NCBI GenBank assembly: GCA_965248695.1
Contig: CBDFKD010000002.1
Location: forward strand, 2,016,001-2,080,000
Source: Acidobacteriota bacterium
GTDB taxonomy: Bacteria > Acidobacteriota > UBA890 > WLXD01
DNA length: 64,000 nt
Reading direction: 5' to 3'
Of the stretch, positions 1 through 8,930 are shown piece after piece. The notes under the pieces were generated by a model. The model was not told the DNA's origin, did no database searches, and was given only the letters and a program-made list of their open reading frames with translations. The translations under genes and the position numbers were made by a program. Each line of letters opens with the position of its first letter. Within the stretch, counting starts at the first letter, position 1.

Positions 1-788
1 AGCGCCAAGTAGGTATTGATGTTGCTAAGGCGGGCGATTCCCCGCTCGAGGCCGAGGTAGACGCTGGTCCCGAAGATCAGAGTCCAAATGAGCAGGATCA
101 CGAGGTTGAGCCCGGTGCTCTGCTCGACGCCCAGGATCTTTGCCGAGATGGCGGCGATCAGCGGCGTCCCCAGGCCCAGCGACGTACCCACGCCGCCGAT
201 GATGCCGAACATCACGGCGACGTCCATGCTGACGCCCAGCGGACCCTTCGTGTGGCGCCCGAGCACAGTCTGCGATGCCATGCTGAAGGTCAGCCGCGGC
301 TGCCGTCGCACGTGATACGAGTAGCCGATTACGATCGCCGGGACACACCAGAGAGCCCAGGCGCTCAAGCCCCAGTGGAAGTTGCCGTACATGGCAGCCC
401 ACTCGTACGACAGCGGCGACCCGCTCTGGACACCAAAGGGGCGATCCTGCAGATAGTAGATGGGCTCGAGCATGGCCCAATACGTGAGGCTGGAGCCGAT
501 GCCGCCGCAAAACAACATCGCGACCCAGGTAAACGTCGAGAACTCGGGCTTGTCATCACGCCCGCCGAGCTTCACCGAGGCGAAACGACCGAGCACCAAC
601 CAGGCGAGCAGCCCGAAGGAAGCAATGCCCGAGAACAAATAGAGCCACCCGAAGTTGTCGCTCACCCAGTCACGTGCCTGGTTGACCTGCGCGCCGACTC
701 CCGTCGGATCAATCATGGCGCTGACGCATATCGTCACTATGACGATGAGCGCCGGCCAGAAGACACGGTGCTCGATCTGTCTAGCCAT
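1..788 (-). CDS. BCCT family (betaine/carnitine/choline) transporter, 5' part; runs off the left edge
   Basis: Not in the ORF track; translated by hand from ATG 788, which has AAGGAG upstream. Reads MARQIEHRVFWPALIV...FGWLYL...KLGGRDDKPEFSTFTWVAMLFCGGIGSSLTYWAMLEPIYY...YGNFHWGLSAWALW, containing BCCT signature segments. Confidence 0.9.
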   Translation of the reverse strand, partial: MARQIEHRVFWPALIVIVTICVSAMIDPTGVGAQVNQARDWVSDNFGWLYLFSGIASFGLLAWLVLGRFASVKLGGRDDKPEFSTFTWVAMLFCGGIGSSLTYWAMLEPIYYLQDRPFGVQSGSPLSYEWAAMYGNFHWGLSAWALWCVPAIVIGYSYHVRRQPRLTFSMASQTVLGRHTKGPLGVSMDVAVMFGIIGGVGTSLGLGTPLIAAISAKILGVEQSTGLNLVILLIWTLIFGTSVYLGLERGIARLSNINTYLA

Positions 789-992
789 GCGTGCCTCGAT
801 CTCCTTCGGGGTCGCTCGTTTGCATGCGCGTAGCTCCGGACCGAAACGCGTCTCGACATCACAGCGGTCGGCCGCTGGCCCTGTGTGTCCGGCCACGCGG
901 GCTACGCTAGCCGGATTGATTTGGTTGATCAGTCCCACACTGTAACGTACAGAGCAGGAGCGTCGCCGTAGCCCCAGCGTCCTGGGAAACCG

Positions 993-3758
993 TTGAACGT
1001 GTGTAGGTCCAAGTCTGCTCTTATCCTGTGCATCGCGCTGCTGGTCGGCGCGGGGCCGCGGCCGGCTAGTCAGTCGGGAAGCGGCGCGACTGAGCGTGAG
1101 CGCCGCGGCGCGGACCAAGGGCAACAGGAATCAGCCAGGAAGGCACCCCGCCGTGTGATTCCCGTCCGCATGGTCACGCCCAACTCACCGAACAGCCTCC
1201 CCGCGACGCCGGCGCCGAGTACGCCGGCCGGCCAGCGGCCGCTCGCCGTCGCGGTGCGGATACCGAGAAAGCTCATTCCCGTGCGCATGGTGTCACCGGG
1301 CGAACTCAACGCGCCCGTTCGCATGTCCGGCGCCCCGGTTGCTGATCCCACCAGAGTACTCCCGGGCGGAGCGACGAACCGGTACGCCGTATTGCCGCAG
1401 CCGCCTCTTGTACCGCTAAACCGTGCCCGGATGCCGGCGTCCGACGCGGCCGTGCCGGTGCCCAACACTGCGACGCCAGCGCCCAGAACTTCCGGTCCGA
1501 CGTTCGGAGCCGCGGAGCCGACGTTGGGAACCTCCCGGCCGACATTGGGAACCTCCGAGCCAGCGTTTGTAGCCTCCGAGCCCGCGTTCGGGACGGCACG
1601 ACCGCCGACAACCCGCGCCCCAGGGGTAGCACCGGACATGGCCGTATCGCGGACCGCAGAGGCGCCGGTGATGGACGGTATCGTCGACGACGCCGCCTGG
1701 GCGCTAGCCGACGTCGCCAGCGATTTTCTGCAGCGCGAACCACAGGAGGGGCAACCAGCCACCGAGCGTACGGAGGTGCGCATTCTCTACGACGACGAGA
1801 ACCTCTACGTCGGGCTGATCGCCTACGACAGCAACCCTAGCGCCATTCTCGCCAGCGAGCTGCGGCGTGACGCGCTCGGCGGAGGTGGGTTCTTCGGCGG
1901 CGGCGGCGGCGGTGGCGGCGGCTCGGACGACACTTTCAGCGTCGTGCTCGACACCTTCCACGACGGCCGCAGCGCCTTCCTGTTCACGGTCAATGCGCTG
2001 GGCGCCCGCTATGACGCCACCATCCGCAACGAGAGCCAGGTCAACTCCGAGTGGGACGAGGCCTGGGACGCGGCCGCCCAGGTGACCTCCCGCGGCTGGG
2101 AGGCCGAGCTCGTCATTCCTCTCGGGATCCTGCGTTTCTCCGGCGGCCTGGCCGACTGGGGCGTGGACTTCGAGCGCAATATCCGTCACAAGAACGAGCA
2201 GGTCGCCTGGAGCAACTACCGCCGCGACTTCCGTTTCATCGCCGTGTCGCAGGCCGGCGACCTGCGCGGCTTTGAGAACCTCTCGGTGACGCAACGGTTC
2301 CGCTTGAAGCCGTATTTCCTCGGAAGCGCCAGCTCGCTGTTCGACGACCCGGGTCGCACCAACAGCGTCGACAGGGAGTTGGGCATCGACGATCTCAAGA
2401 TCCAGCTGACCTCGAACCTCACCGCCGATCTGACCTACAACACCGACTTCGCCCAGGTCGAGATCGACGACCAGCGGGTCAACCTGACGCGGTTCTCGCT
2501 CTTCTTCCCGGAGAAGCGCGATTTCTTTCTCGAGGGGGCCAACAACTTCAGCTTCGGGCCACGGGGAAGTAGCGACGGGGGCTTCGGACCACCGGTGCTG
2601 CGATTATTCCACTCGCGCAACATCGGACTGTCGTCGACCGGGATCCCCGTTCCCATCGACTTCGGCGCCAAAATGACCGGCAAGCTAGGCAGCGGTAACG
2701 TCGGCTTTCTGCACGTCCGCACCGGCGAGTCGGGGCTCGGCGAAGGGGAAGGCTTCACGGCGCTGCGCTGGCGGCAGGACGTGCTGGCGCGATCGAGCGT
2801 CGGCGCGTTGATCACCAACGTGGAGGGTCCGGACGGAGCGATCAACACGGTCGTCGGCGCCGACGCCAGCTTCACTTTCTTCGACAACCTCAACATCTCG
2901 GCGTTCGGCGCCCGCGCCACCGACAGTGACCTGGAAGAAGGCAAGTTCGCGGGCCAGTTTCGGATCGGTTGGCAGAGCGATCAGTGGAGCGCCAGCTACG
3001 ACATCATGCGCATAGACCCGGACTTCCGCAGCGATCTCGGGTTCGTCCTCCGGGAGGATGTCGTGGCGCGAACGATCCGCGGCGCCTGGAACCACCGGCC
3101 GGGCGCAATCCCGTGGCTACGGTCGGTGAACTTCGACTTCAACTACACGACCTTCCACGACAGCCGGGGCGACCTGATCAGCCGCACGTCGTGGATCGGT
3201 CCCTTCATAGGCACCGAGGCAGGCGATGGGATCGGCGGTTTCTACTCGAATTCGTTCGAGCGACTGGACTTCCCGTTCCCGATCCACCCCGACGTCACCA
3301 TTCCGCCTGGCGAGTACACGTACGAGGCCCTGTACGTCTATTTCTTCACCTCCGCGGGGCGCTGGGCCAGCGTCAGCGGCGAGTTTCAAATCGGAGAGTT
3401 CTACGACGGCACCATTACGTCGCTAACCCCCGGTCTGACGTTCCGCGTGAATGAGAACCTGCTGTTCGCCCCGAGCTTCAGCTACAACAACATCGACCTG
3501 CCCGGAGGCAGCTTCACCACCAACGTCCTCAACGCCCGCGCCAGCTACAGCTTCTCGGATCGCTGGCTCACCGATGCGCTGGTGCAGTACAACAACCTCT
3601 TCGACACCGTGTCGGTGTTCGCTCGGCTGCGCTACATCTACAGCATCGGCGACGATATCTACCTCGTGTATCGGCAGGCCGGCGACTACGACGGCTTCCG
3701 CTTCGATCGCCACGATCGGTCGATCACGCTGAAGGTCACGCGCTCGTTCAACTGGTAG
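993..3758 (+). CDS. DUF5916 / CBM9-like domain outer-membrane protein with a Pro-rich N-terminal extension (start uncertain)
   Basis: APVMDGIVDDAAW, FLQREPQEGQPATERTEVRILYDDENLYVG and NTDFAQVEIDDQRVNLTRFSLFFPEKRDFFLEG; beta-barrel-like C-terminus ending in W. Confidence 0.8.
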   Translation: MNVCRSKSALILCIALLVGAGPRPASQSGSGATERERRGADQGQQESARKAPRRVIPVRMVTPNSPNSLPATPAPSTPAGQRPLAVAVRIPRKLIPVRMVSPGELNAPVRMSGAPVADPTRVLPGGATNRYAVLPQPPLVPLNRARMPASDAAVPVPNTATPAPRTSGPTFGAAEPTLGTSRPTLGTSEPAFVASEPAFGTARPPTTRAPGVAPDMAVSRTAEAPVMDGIVDDAAWALADVASDFLQREPQEGQPATERTEVRILYDDENLYVGLIAYDSNPSAILASELRRDALGGGGFFGGGGGGGGGSDDTFSVVLDTFHDGRSAFLFTVNALGARYDATIRNESQVNSEWDEAWDAAAQVTSRGWEAELVIPLGILRFSGGLADWGVDFERNIRHKNEQVAWSNYRRDFRFIAVSQAGDLRGFENLSVTQRFRLKPYFLGSASSLFDDPGRTNSVDRELGIDDLKIQLTSNLTADLTYNTDFAQVEIDDQRVNLTRFSLFFPEKRDFFLEGANNFSFGPRGSSDGGFGPPVLRLFHSRNIGLSSTGIPVPIDFGAKMTGKLGSGNVGFLHVRTGESGLGEGEGFTALRWRQDVLARSSVGALITNVEGPDGAINTVVGADASFTFFDNLNISAFGARATDSDLEEGKFAGQFRIGWQSDQWSASYDIMRIDPDFRSDLGFVLREDVVARTIRGAWNHRPGAIPWLRSVNFDFNYTTFHDSRGDLISRTSWIGPFIGTEAGDGIGGFYSNSFERLDFPFPIHPDVTIPPGEYTYEALYVYFFTSAGRWASVSGEFQIGEFYDGTITSLTPGLTFRVNENLLFAPSFSYNNIDLPGGSFTTNVLNARASYSFSDRWLTDALVQYNNLFDTVSVFARLRYIYSIGDDIYLVYRQAGDYDGFRFDRHDRSITLKVTRSFNW
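1497..1601 (+). repeat. Five imperfect 21-bp in-frame tandem repeats
   Basis: ccgacgttcggagccgcggag / ccgacgttgggaacctcccgg / ccgacattgggaacctccgag / ccagcgtttgtagcctccgag / cccgcgttcgggacggcacga, encoding PTFGAAE PTLGTSR PTLGTSE PAFVASE PAFGTAR. Confidence 0.8.
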
Positions 3759-3794
3759 GGCGCCGAGCACGGGCAGCTTGGGAGAGTGCCGGTG

Positions 3795-5558
3795 CTAGAA
3801 CCCCGCGGCGCGGAAGACTGCCTTGCCGGCCAGCAACGTAAGCAGTACCCGAACATCCTCGATCCGTGTCGTCCGAACCTCGAACAGATCGCGCTCGAGC
3901 ACCACGAGGTCGGCTTGCTTGCCGACGACGATCGAGCCGGTGACGTCGGCCTGGTGCAGGAGGAACGCGGCATCCAGCGTATGCATGCGGATCGCGTCGT
4001 CGAGGCTATTGAGCGGCGTCGAGAAACGCGTGAGCGCGCGCTGGATGGTAGCCAGCGGCGACAACGGCCCAGCGTCCCAATCGCTGCTGAGGACTGTCTT
4101 GGCACCGGCATCGAGCAAGGACTGGACCGGCAGTAGCCCGTCGACAGCGGCGGCGCTCAAGAAGCGGCTCAGGTAGCGAGCGTAGGCGCGATTGATCGCA
4201 TCGGGAGGCATCTGCAGGTCGGCGATCACGCCCAGCCGGAGGAACCGGCGACGGTCCACTTCGTCCACCAGGTAGAGGTGGCTGATGCGATGGCGCCGGT
4301 CCTTGGCGCCGGTCCGCGCCCGAGCCGACTGCACCGCATCGAGCGCCAGCCGTGCGCCACGATCACCGGTGGCATGGAAGTGCATCTGGAAGCCGATCTC
4401 GTCGAGCCCCTGAACGTACTTCTGCAGTGCCTCTTCCTCAAAGTACACGAACCCGGACGGCGACGGGCTGGGGAGCCCCGGGGTGTCGAGATACGCATCC
4501 AGCAGCGCCGAGGTGCCGAGATCGAGGATTCCGTCGACGTAGATCTTCGCCTGGTTGAAACGCAGGAGACGTCCGGGCTCGTTGGTGTACAGGCGCCTCA
4601 GGTCGTCCATCTGCGCAGCGAACGGACGGTCCGGATAAACGTACAGTGCATTGCTAGCCCGGACCGTGAGCTCGCCTTCGCGCTCGGCCCGCTGCCACAC
4701 CTCATGGTGGCCGCGAGTCCAGTAGCCCCCGGCGTCGCTCACCGAAGTGATGCCGTGCATATTCAGCTCGGCAAGGCTGCCGCGCAGCCCTTGATACGCT
4801 CCCTCGAGGATCTCGTCGGTCGGGGCCCACGCAACATCGCGGAGCTTCTGCTGCGCGTTCTCGAAGACGATTCCCGTCAGACGCCCGCTGCTCGGATCGC
4901 GATGCAGGATTCCGCCCTGCGGATCCGGGCTGTTGCGTCGGTACCCGGCCGCCTCCATGGCCATCGTGTTGGCCCACGCGCCATGCCCCAGGTCGTCGAG
5001 AATCAACACTGGGCGATCGGGAACGGCGCGATCCAGCACGTTGATCGGTAGCTCGTCTCCATCCAGCAAGGCGGAGACGAACACCCCGGCTCCGAGCACC
5101 CAGTCCCTGCCCTGTTGGCGGTTGGCACAGTTGCGGGCCGACTGCTCATAGGTCGCCAGCGGCCGACGCCAAGGGAACAGACAGAGACCCTCGTTGATTC
5201 CCGCTTCAAGCGCGTGAACGTGCGGGTCGTGAAAGCCGGGCAGCAACATGCGACCGTCGAGGTCCACCCGCTCTGTTGCGCTGGTTGCCAGTGCCAACAC
5301 CTCGGCATCGTCACCGACGGCGACAATCATGCCGTCCTCGATGGCAACCGCTTCTGCCCAAGGACGTGCAGGGTCAACGGTGTAGACACGGCCGCCGTGA
5401 AAGACCGTCGAAGGGGCCACAGGCAACAGCGCAGCCGCCGAGCCGTCGCTGGCGGCCACGACAACTAGCGCCACGATCGCCACCGTAGTGAGGGTGCGGC
5501 GGCGCCCCGCTATCAAGGGCGTCGTCGGGACGGGCTGTTCGAGCATGCGCTCGCTCAC
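3795..5558 (-). CDS. Amidohydrolase family 3 (YtcJ/NfdA-like), probably exported
   Basis: PGFHDPHVH, KIYVDG, HATGDRG, RHRISHL, SSDW and GSIVVGKQADLVVL motifs. GTG 5558 overlaps the upstream stop (GTGA). Confidence 0.85.
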   Translation of the reverse strand: MSERMLEQPVPTTPLIAGRRRTLTTVAIVALVVVAASDGSAAALLPVAPSTVFHGGRVYTVDPARPWAEAVAIEDGMIVAVGDDAEVLALATSATERVDLDGRMLLPGFHDPHVHALEAGINEGLCLFPWRRPLATYEQSARNCANRQQGRDWVLGAGVFVSALLDGDELPINVLDRAVPDRPVLILDDLGHGAWANTMAMEAAGYRRNSPDPQGGILHRDPSSGRLTGIVFENAQQKLRDVAWAPTDEILEGAYQGLRGSLAELNMHGITSVSDAGGYWTRGHHEVWQRAEREGELTVRASNALYVYPDRPFAAQMDDLRRLYTNEPGRLLRFNQAKIYVDGILDLGTSALLDAYLDTPGLPSPSPSGFVYFEEEALQKYVQGLDEIGFQMHFHATGDRGARLALDAVQSARARTGAKDRRHRISHLYLVDEVDRRRFLRLGVIADLQMPPDAINRAYARYLSRFLSAAAVDGLLPVQSLLDAGAKTVLSSDWDAGPLSPLATIQRALTRFSTPLNSLDDAIRMHTLDAAFLLHQADVTGSIVVGKQADLVVLERDLFEVRTTRIEDVRVLLTLLAGKAVFRAAGF

Positions 5559-7354
5559 CCTACCCCGGTCACGAGACCGGTTTCCGGCGCCTCGTAGACG
5601 ATCTCTCCGTTCACCAGGGTCAACAGGCACCGCATCTCCTTGATCTCCTCCGTCGGCACCGAGTAGAGATCACGATCCCAGACGGCGATATCGGCATACT
5701 TGCCGACCTCGAGGGTGCCGATACGGTCCTCCATGAACAGCTGCCGGGAGTTCCACGCGGTGTAGGAGCGCAACGCAGTCTGGATATCGACGGACTCGTC
5801 GGTACCGAACGGATGCTGCCCGTGGGTACCCATCAGCGTCTCCCGGGCAACCGAGGCCCAGAGTCCGTAGCGGGCCGCGAACGGCGTGACGTCGTAGTCG
5901 GATCCGCTTCCCCAACGAATGCCCCGATCGAGGTAGGTCTTGAGTCCGAGCAACCGCTGATTCCGCTGGGGGCCGAAATTGCCGGCATAGGTGTCGCCGA
6001 TCCACCAGGTAAATCCCGGCTGCACCTCCGGATACACGGCGTCGTAGTCAGTCTGCAGGCGGGCCATCGTGTCGAGCGCCGCGTCGGTCGGGATATTCGA
6101 GTGAATGATGCTGTGGCGTAGGCCGTACGCCGGGTTCGCCTCCAACGCATCGGCGAACGCCTCCACGACCACGTCGATGGCGCGGTCGCCGATGGAATGC
6201 ACGCCGAGGTGCATTCCAGATGAGTGGACCGCGCCGATCTGATCCCGCAAGACCTCCGGTGTCGCCCGCGGCAAGCCGTAGTTGCCAGCATCGACCTCGT
6301 CGAGGTTCCTGTTCCACTCGTCGTGCAGCCAGGCGGTGCGGGCACCGCCGCTGCCGTCGGCGTAGAGCTTGACTCCTCCTGAAATCAGCATGTCGTCGCC
6401 GGTCGAGATCCACGGCTTGGTGAACGGACCGATCTGCTCGATGAGCCGCTGAGTGTCCTCGAGGGTCTGCCCGGTGCGCCAGAGAACGAATATGCGCGCG
6501 GTGAGCTTTCCCGAGGCCAGCGCCGCCTGGTAGGCACGCCAAGTGCGGAAGCCGATCTCAGGGTCCTTGACGGCCGTCATTCCCTCTTCGTGGAGCCTGG
6601 GCACGTAGCGTTCAATCGCCTCGCGCAGCCGATCGTCGCCGCGGGCGGGAATATTGCGACGTACGAGCGATGTCGCGGTGTCCTTGAAGACGCCGGTCGG
6701 ATTGCCGTCGGCGTCACGGTCGATCAGGCCTCCTGGCGGGTCCGGAGTTGCCCGCGTGATGCCTGCCAGCTCCAGGGCGACAGAGTTTCCGACGCTGTAG
6801 TGCGCCGTCGTGTGAGTCAACCAGACGGGATTGTCGGGCGAGACCGGGTCCAGATCACTGGCGTAGATATAGCGACCCTCGGCGAGCTTGCCTTCATCCC
6901 ATCCACCGCCGGTCACCCAATCGCCGGGCTCCCGGTCAATCACCGCTGCACGCACTGCTTCGGCAACGTCGACGATCGACTCGACGGCAGGGTACGAGAC
7001 GTCGAGGGTGAACAGCGCTCCAGCGGCGCCAACTGCGAAGTGGTTGTGAGTGTCGATCAGGCCAGGGGTTGCGGTGAGTCCGCCCAGATCGATGCGGCGG
7101 GTGCCGACACCGGCGAGCGCTTCAATCTCCCTGGTCGACCCGACGGCGACGATCTTGCCGTCGTGGATCGCCACCGCTTCGACGATGGTGTCGTCAGCGT
7201 CGACCGTGATGATCTTGCCGTTGACGACAATCGTGTCCGCCGAGAGCTGAATGGCCGGTGAGCACCCGACAATGTGCAACCCCCCGAACAGCAGCCCGAC
7301 GACCAATCCGGCACTGCACCGCCGGCCACCGGCGCACGCAGGCAGGTTCCTCAC
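5555..7354 (-). CDS. Amidohydrolase family 3 (YtcJ/NfdA-like), probable lipoprotein
   Basis: PGLIDTHNH, VKLYADGS, HSIGDRA, RHSIIH, GSD and GTLEVGKYADIAV motifs; lipobox-like IVGC. GTG 7354 overlaps the upstream stop. Confidence 0.85.
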   Translation of the reverse strand: MRNLPACAGGRRCSAGLVVGLLFGGLHIVGCSPAIQLSADTIVVNGKIITVDADDTIVEAVAIHDGKIVAVGSTREIEALAGVGTRRIDLGGLTATPGLIDTHNHFAVGAAGALFTLDVSYPAVESIVDVAEAVRAAVIDREPGDWVTGGGWDEGKLAEGRYIYASDLDPVSPDNPVWLTHTTAHYSVGNSVALELAGITRATPDPPGGLIDRDADGNPTGVFKDTATSLVRRNIPARGDDRLREAIERYVPRLHEEGMTAVKDPEIGFRTWRAYQAALASGKLTARIFVLWRTGQTLEDTQRLIEQIGPFTKPWISTGDDMLISGGVKLYADGSGGARTAWLHDEWNRNLDEVDAGNYGLPRATPEVLRDQIGAVHSSGMHLGVHSIGDRAIDVVVEAFADALEANPAYGLRHSIIHSNIPTDAALDTMARLQTDYDAVYPEVQPGFTWWIGDTYAGNFGPQRNQRLLGLKTYLDRGIRWGSGSDYDVTPFAARYGLWASVARETLMGTHGQHPFGTDESVDIQTALRSYTAWNSRQLFMEDRIGTLEVGKYADIAVWDRDLYSVPTEEIKEMRCLLTLVNGEIVYEAPETGLVTGVG

Positions 7355-8841
7355 TGTCGAATGCCGAACAGCGCCCTCGTGCGCGCCTCTATGCTGTTGG
7401 CTAGCGCCTCTCCCAGCCGCCATCCGGCCAGCGCCTCGGTACCGCTGTAGTAGGTCAGGTACTTTCGCGCCAGATCCGGCTCGCCGGCTTCGAAGAGCTT
7501 CAGCGCCGTCCGCTCGACGCCCTCCTGGCGCTCGATCAATCGCGCCTCGAAGGCTTCCAGTGCCTCCGTGACCTCGGGCAGGAACTTCTCCTGATGCTCC
7601 TCGGTCAGGTAGAGGAGGCGTTTGTAGGTACGCAGCGCGAAGCGCGTCGACTCGATGCCGCGCTCCTCGTCGTCGACCATGTACTGCGTAGCCTCGCCGC
7701 CCGTGAGGTACCGATGCCGTTTCAGCTCAGTGGGCACGTCGGTCGTACCGATATAGAAGGGAATGAACGGCGCGGTCACCGATGTGGTGGCGGCCACCCA
7801 GAGAACGCCGAGCTCCTCGTGAACACCCTTGCGCAGATGCGCCACCTGACCGTAACCGGCGGAGTCGCGGGTGAGCTCGGTGGTGCGCACGGCGGCGATC
7901 ATGTCGGTCAGGCCGACCTTGCCGGCGAGCGCCTTCATGCGCTCCTCGATCAGCACCACCGCCGGATGCCGCAATTGGCCGTCGCCGTAGATCTTGTTGA
8001 CGTTGAACGCCTCGCCGGAATCGGGGTCGTACCAACCTTGCTCGATCGCAAAGCTGACAAAGTTCGGCGACGCCATGTAGTCAGGGTCGCTGTGGAAATC
8101 CACCGGGAAGTCCCCGATGTAGCCGGGCCGCGAGACGCGCACGTCGTCCGGCCCGAGCCGCTCCGCCGCCCACAGGCCCTGGCCGCCGGCGAAGTTGATC
8201 AGCACCCAACCTTCGTCGGCGTCGGCAAACAGGTGCGAGTTGCCGCCGTACGTCGAGAAGCCATGCTCGGCGATCAGCGCGCCGATGATCTCGACCGCTT
8301 CGCGCGCACTATGCGCGCGCTCCATAACAATGCGCGCCAAGTCGCTGTAGTTCGGTCCGCCGCCCTGCGGGTTGGGCGTCATCTCCTGCAGCTCGCGCCG
8401 CGAGGGCGACCAGACATCCCGCGCCGCAACACCGTGCTCATTGAGCCCGCCGTTGGTCAGCGGCGCCGGAAACCCCGAGTACTCCGAGTAGTTCATCGTG
8501 ATGTACTTCGCCGTCCGCGCCACCTGTGGGATCTGACTCAGCACACCGGGGAAGTTGGCGCGCTCGGTGACACCGACCCACATGGTCGCGCCTGGCGGGA
8601 AGGTCCTTGACGCAACGATCTCCAGCCAGTGGCTCGAGGGCTCGTCGCCGTAGCCACCGAGAAACACGCTGCCGTCGATGGTGAGGTTCTTGCCGACGTA
8701 GACGCAGTAACTCGCCCACGCCGGAGTGGCCGTGACCGCGAGCCCCAGCAGCAGGAACGAGAGAACCTGCCGGGCCCGGGCGCGCGAGCTGCGTATTCGA
8801 GCGGCGGTCGAACTGTTCCTGAGACGCGGCTGCACGATCAT
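7351..8841 (-). CDS. C69-family dipeptidase-like (Ntn hydrolase-like) protein with signal peptide
   Basis: Signal peptide followed by SYCVYVGKNLTIDGSV, GGLNEHGV and ERAHSAREAVEIIGALI...GNSHLFADADEGW. AAGGAGG precedes ATG 8841. Confidence 0.75.
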   Translation of the reverse strand: MIVQPRLRNSSTAARIRSSRARARQVLSFLLLGLAVTATPAWASYCVYVGKNLTIDGSVFLGGYGDEPSSHWLEIVASRTFPPGATMWVGVTERANFPGVLSQIPQVARTAKYITMNYSEYSGFPAPLTNGGLNEHGVAARDVWSPSRRELQEMTPNPQGGGPNYSDLARIVMERAHSAREAVEIIGALIAEHGFSTYGGNSHLFADADEGWVLINFAGGQGLWAAERLGPDDVRVSRPGYIGDFPVDFHSDPDYMASPNFVSFAIEQGWYDPDSGEAFNVNKIYGDGQLRHPAVVLIEERMKALAGKVGLTDMIAAVRTTELTRDSAGYGQVAHLRKGVHEELGVLWVAATTSVTAPFIPFYIGTTDVPTELKRHRYLTGGEATQYMVDDEERGIESTRFALRTYKRLLYLTEEHQEKFLPEVTEALEAFEARLIERQEGVERTALKLFEAGEPDLARKYLTYYSGTEALAGWRLGEALANSIEARTRALFGIRQ

Positions 8842-8930
8842 CGGTTTCCTCCTTCCATGGCCAACTACGCGCGGTCGTGATTGGCGCGCGATCCGAACGG
8901 GTTTCGGTGGCGCCTGTTGCAGGCCACTAG

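Noticed and set aside
917-931. TGAT-N7-ATCA palindrome upstream of the BCCT gene as another TetR operator
   Set aside because: Half-sites and spacing differ from the 14-bp consensus; too weak to support.
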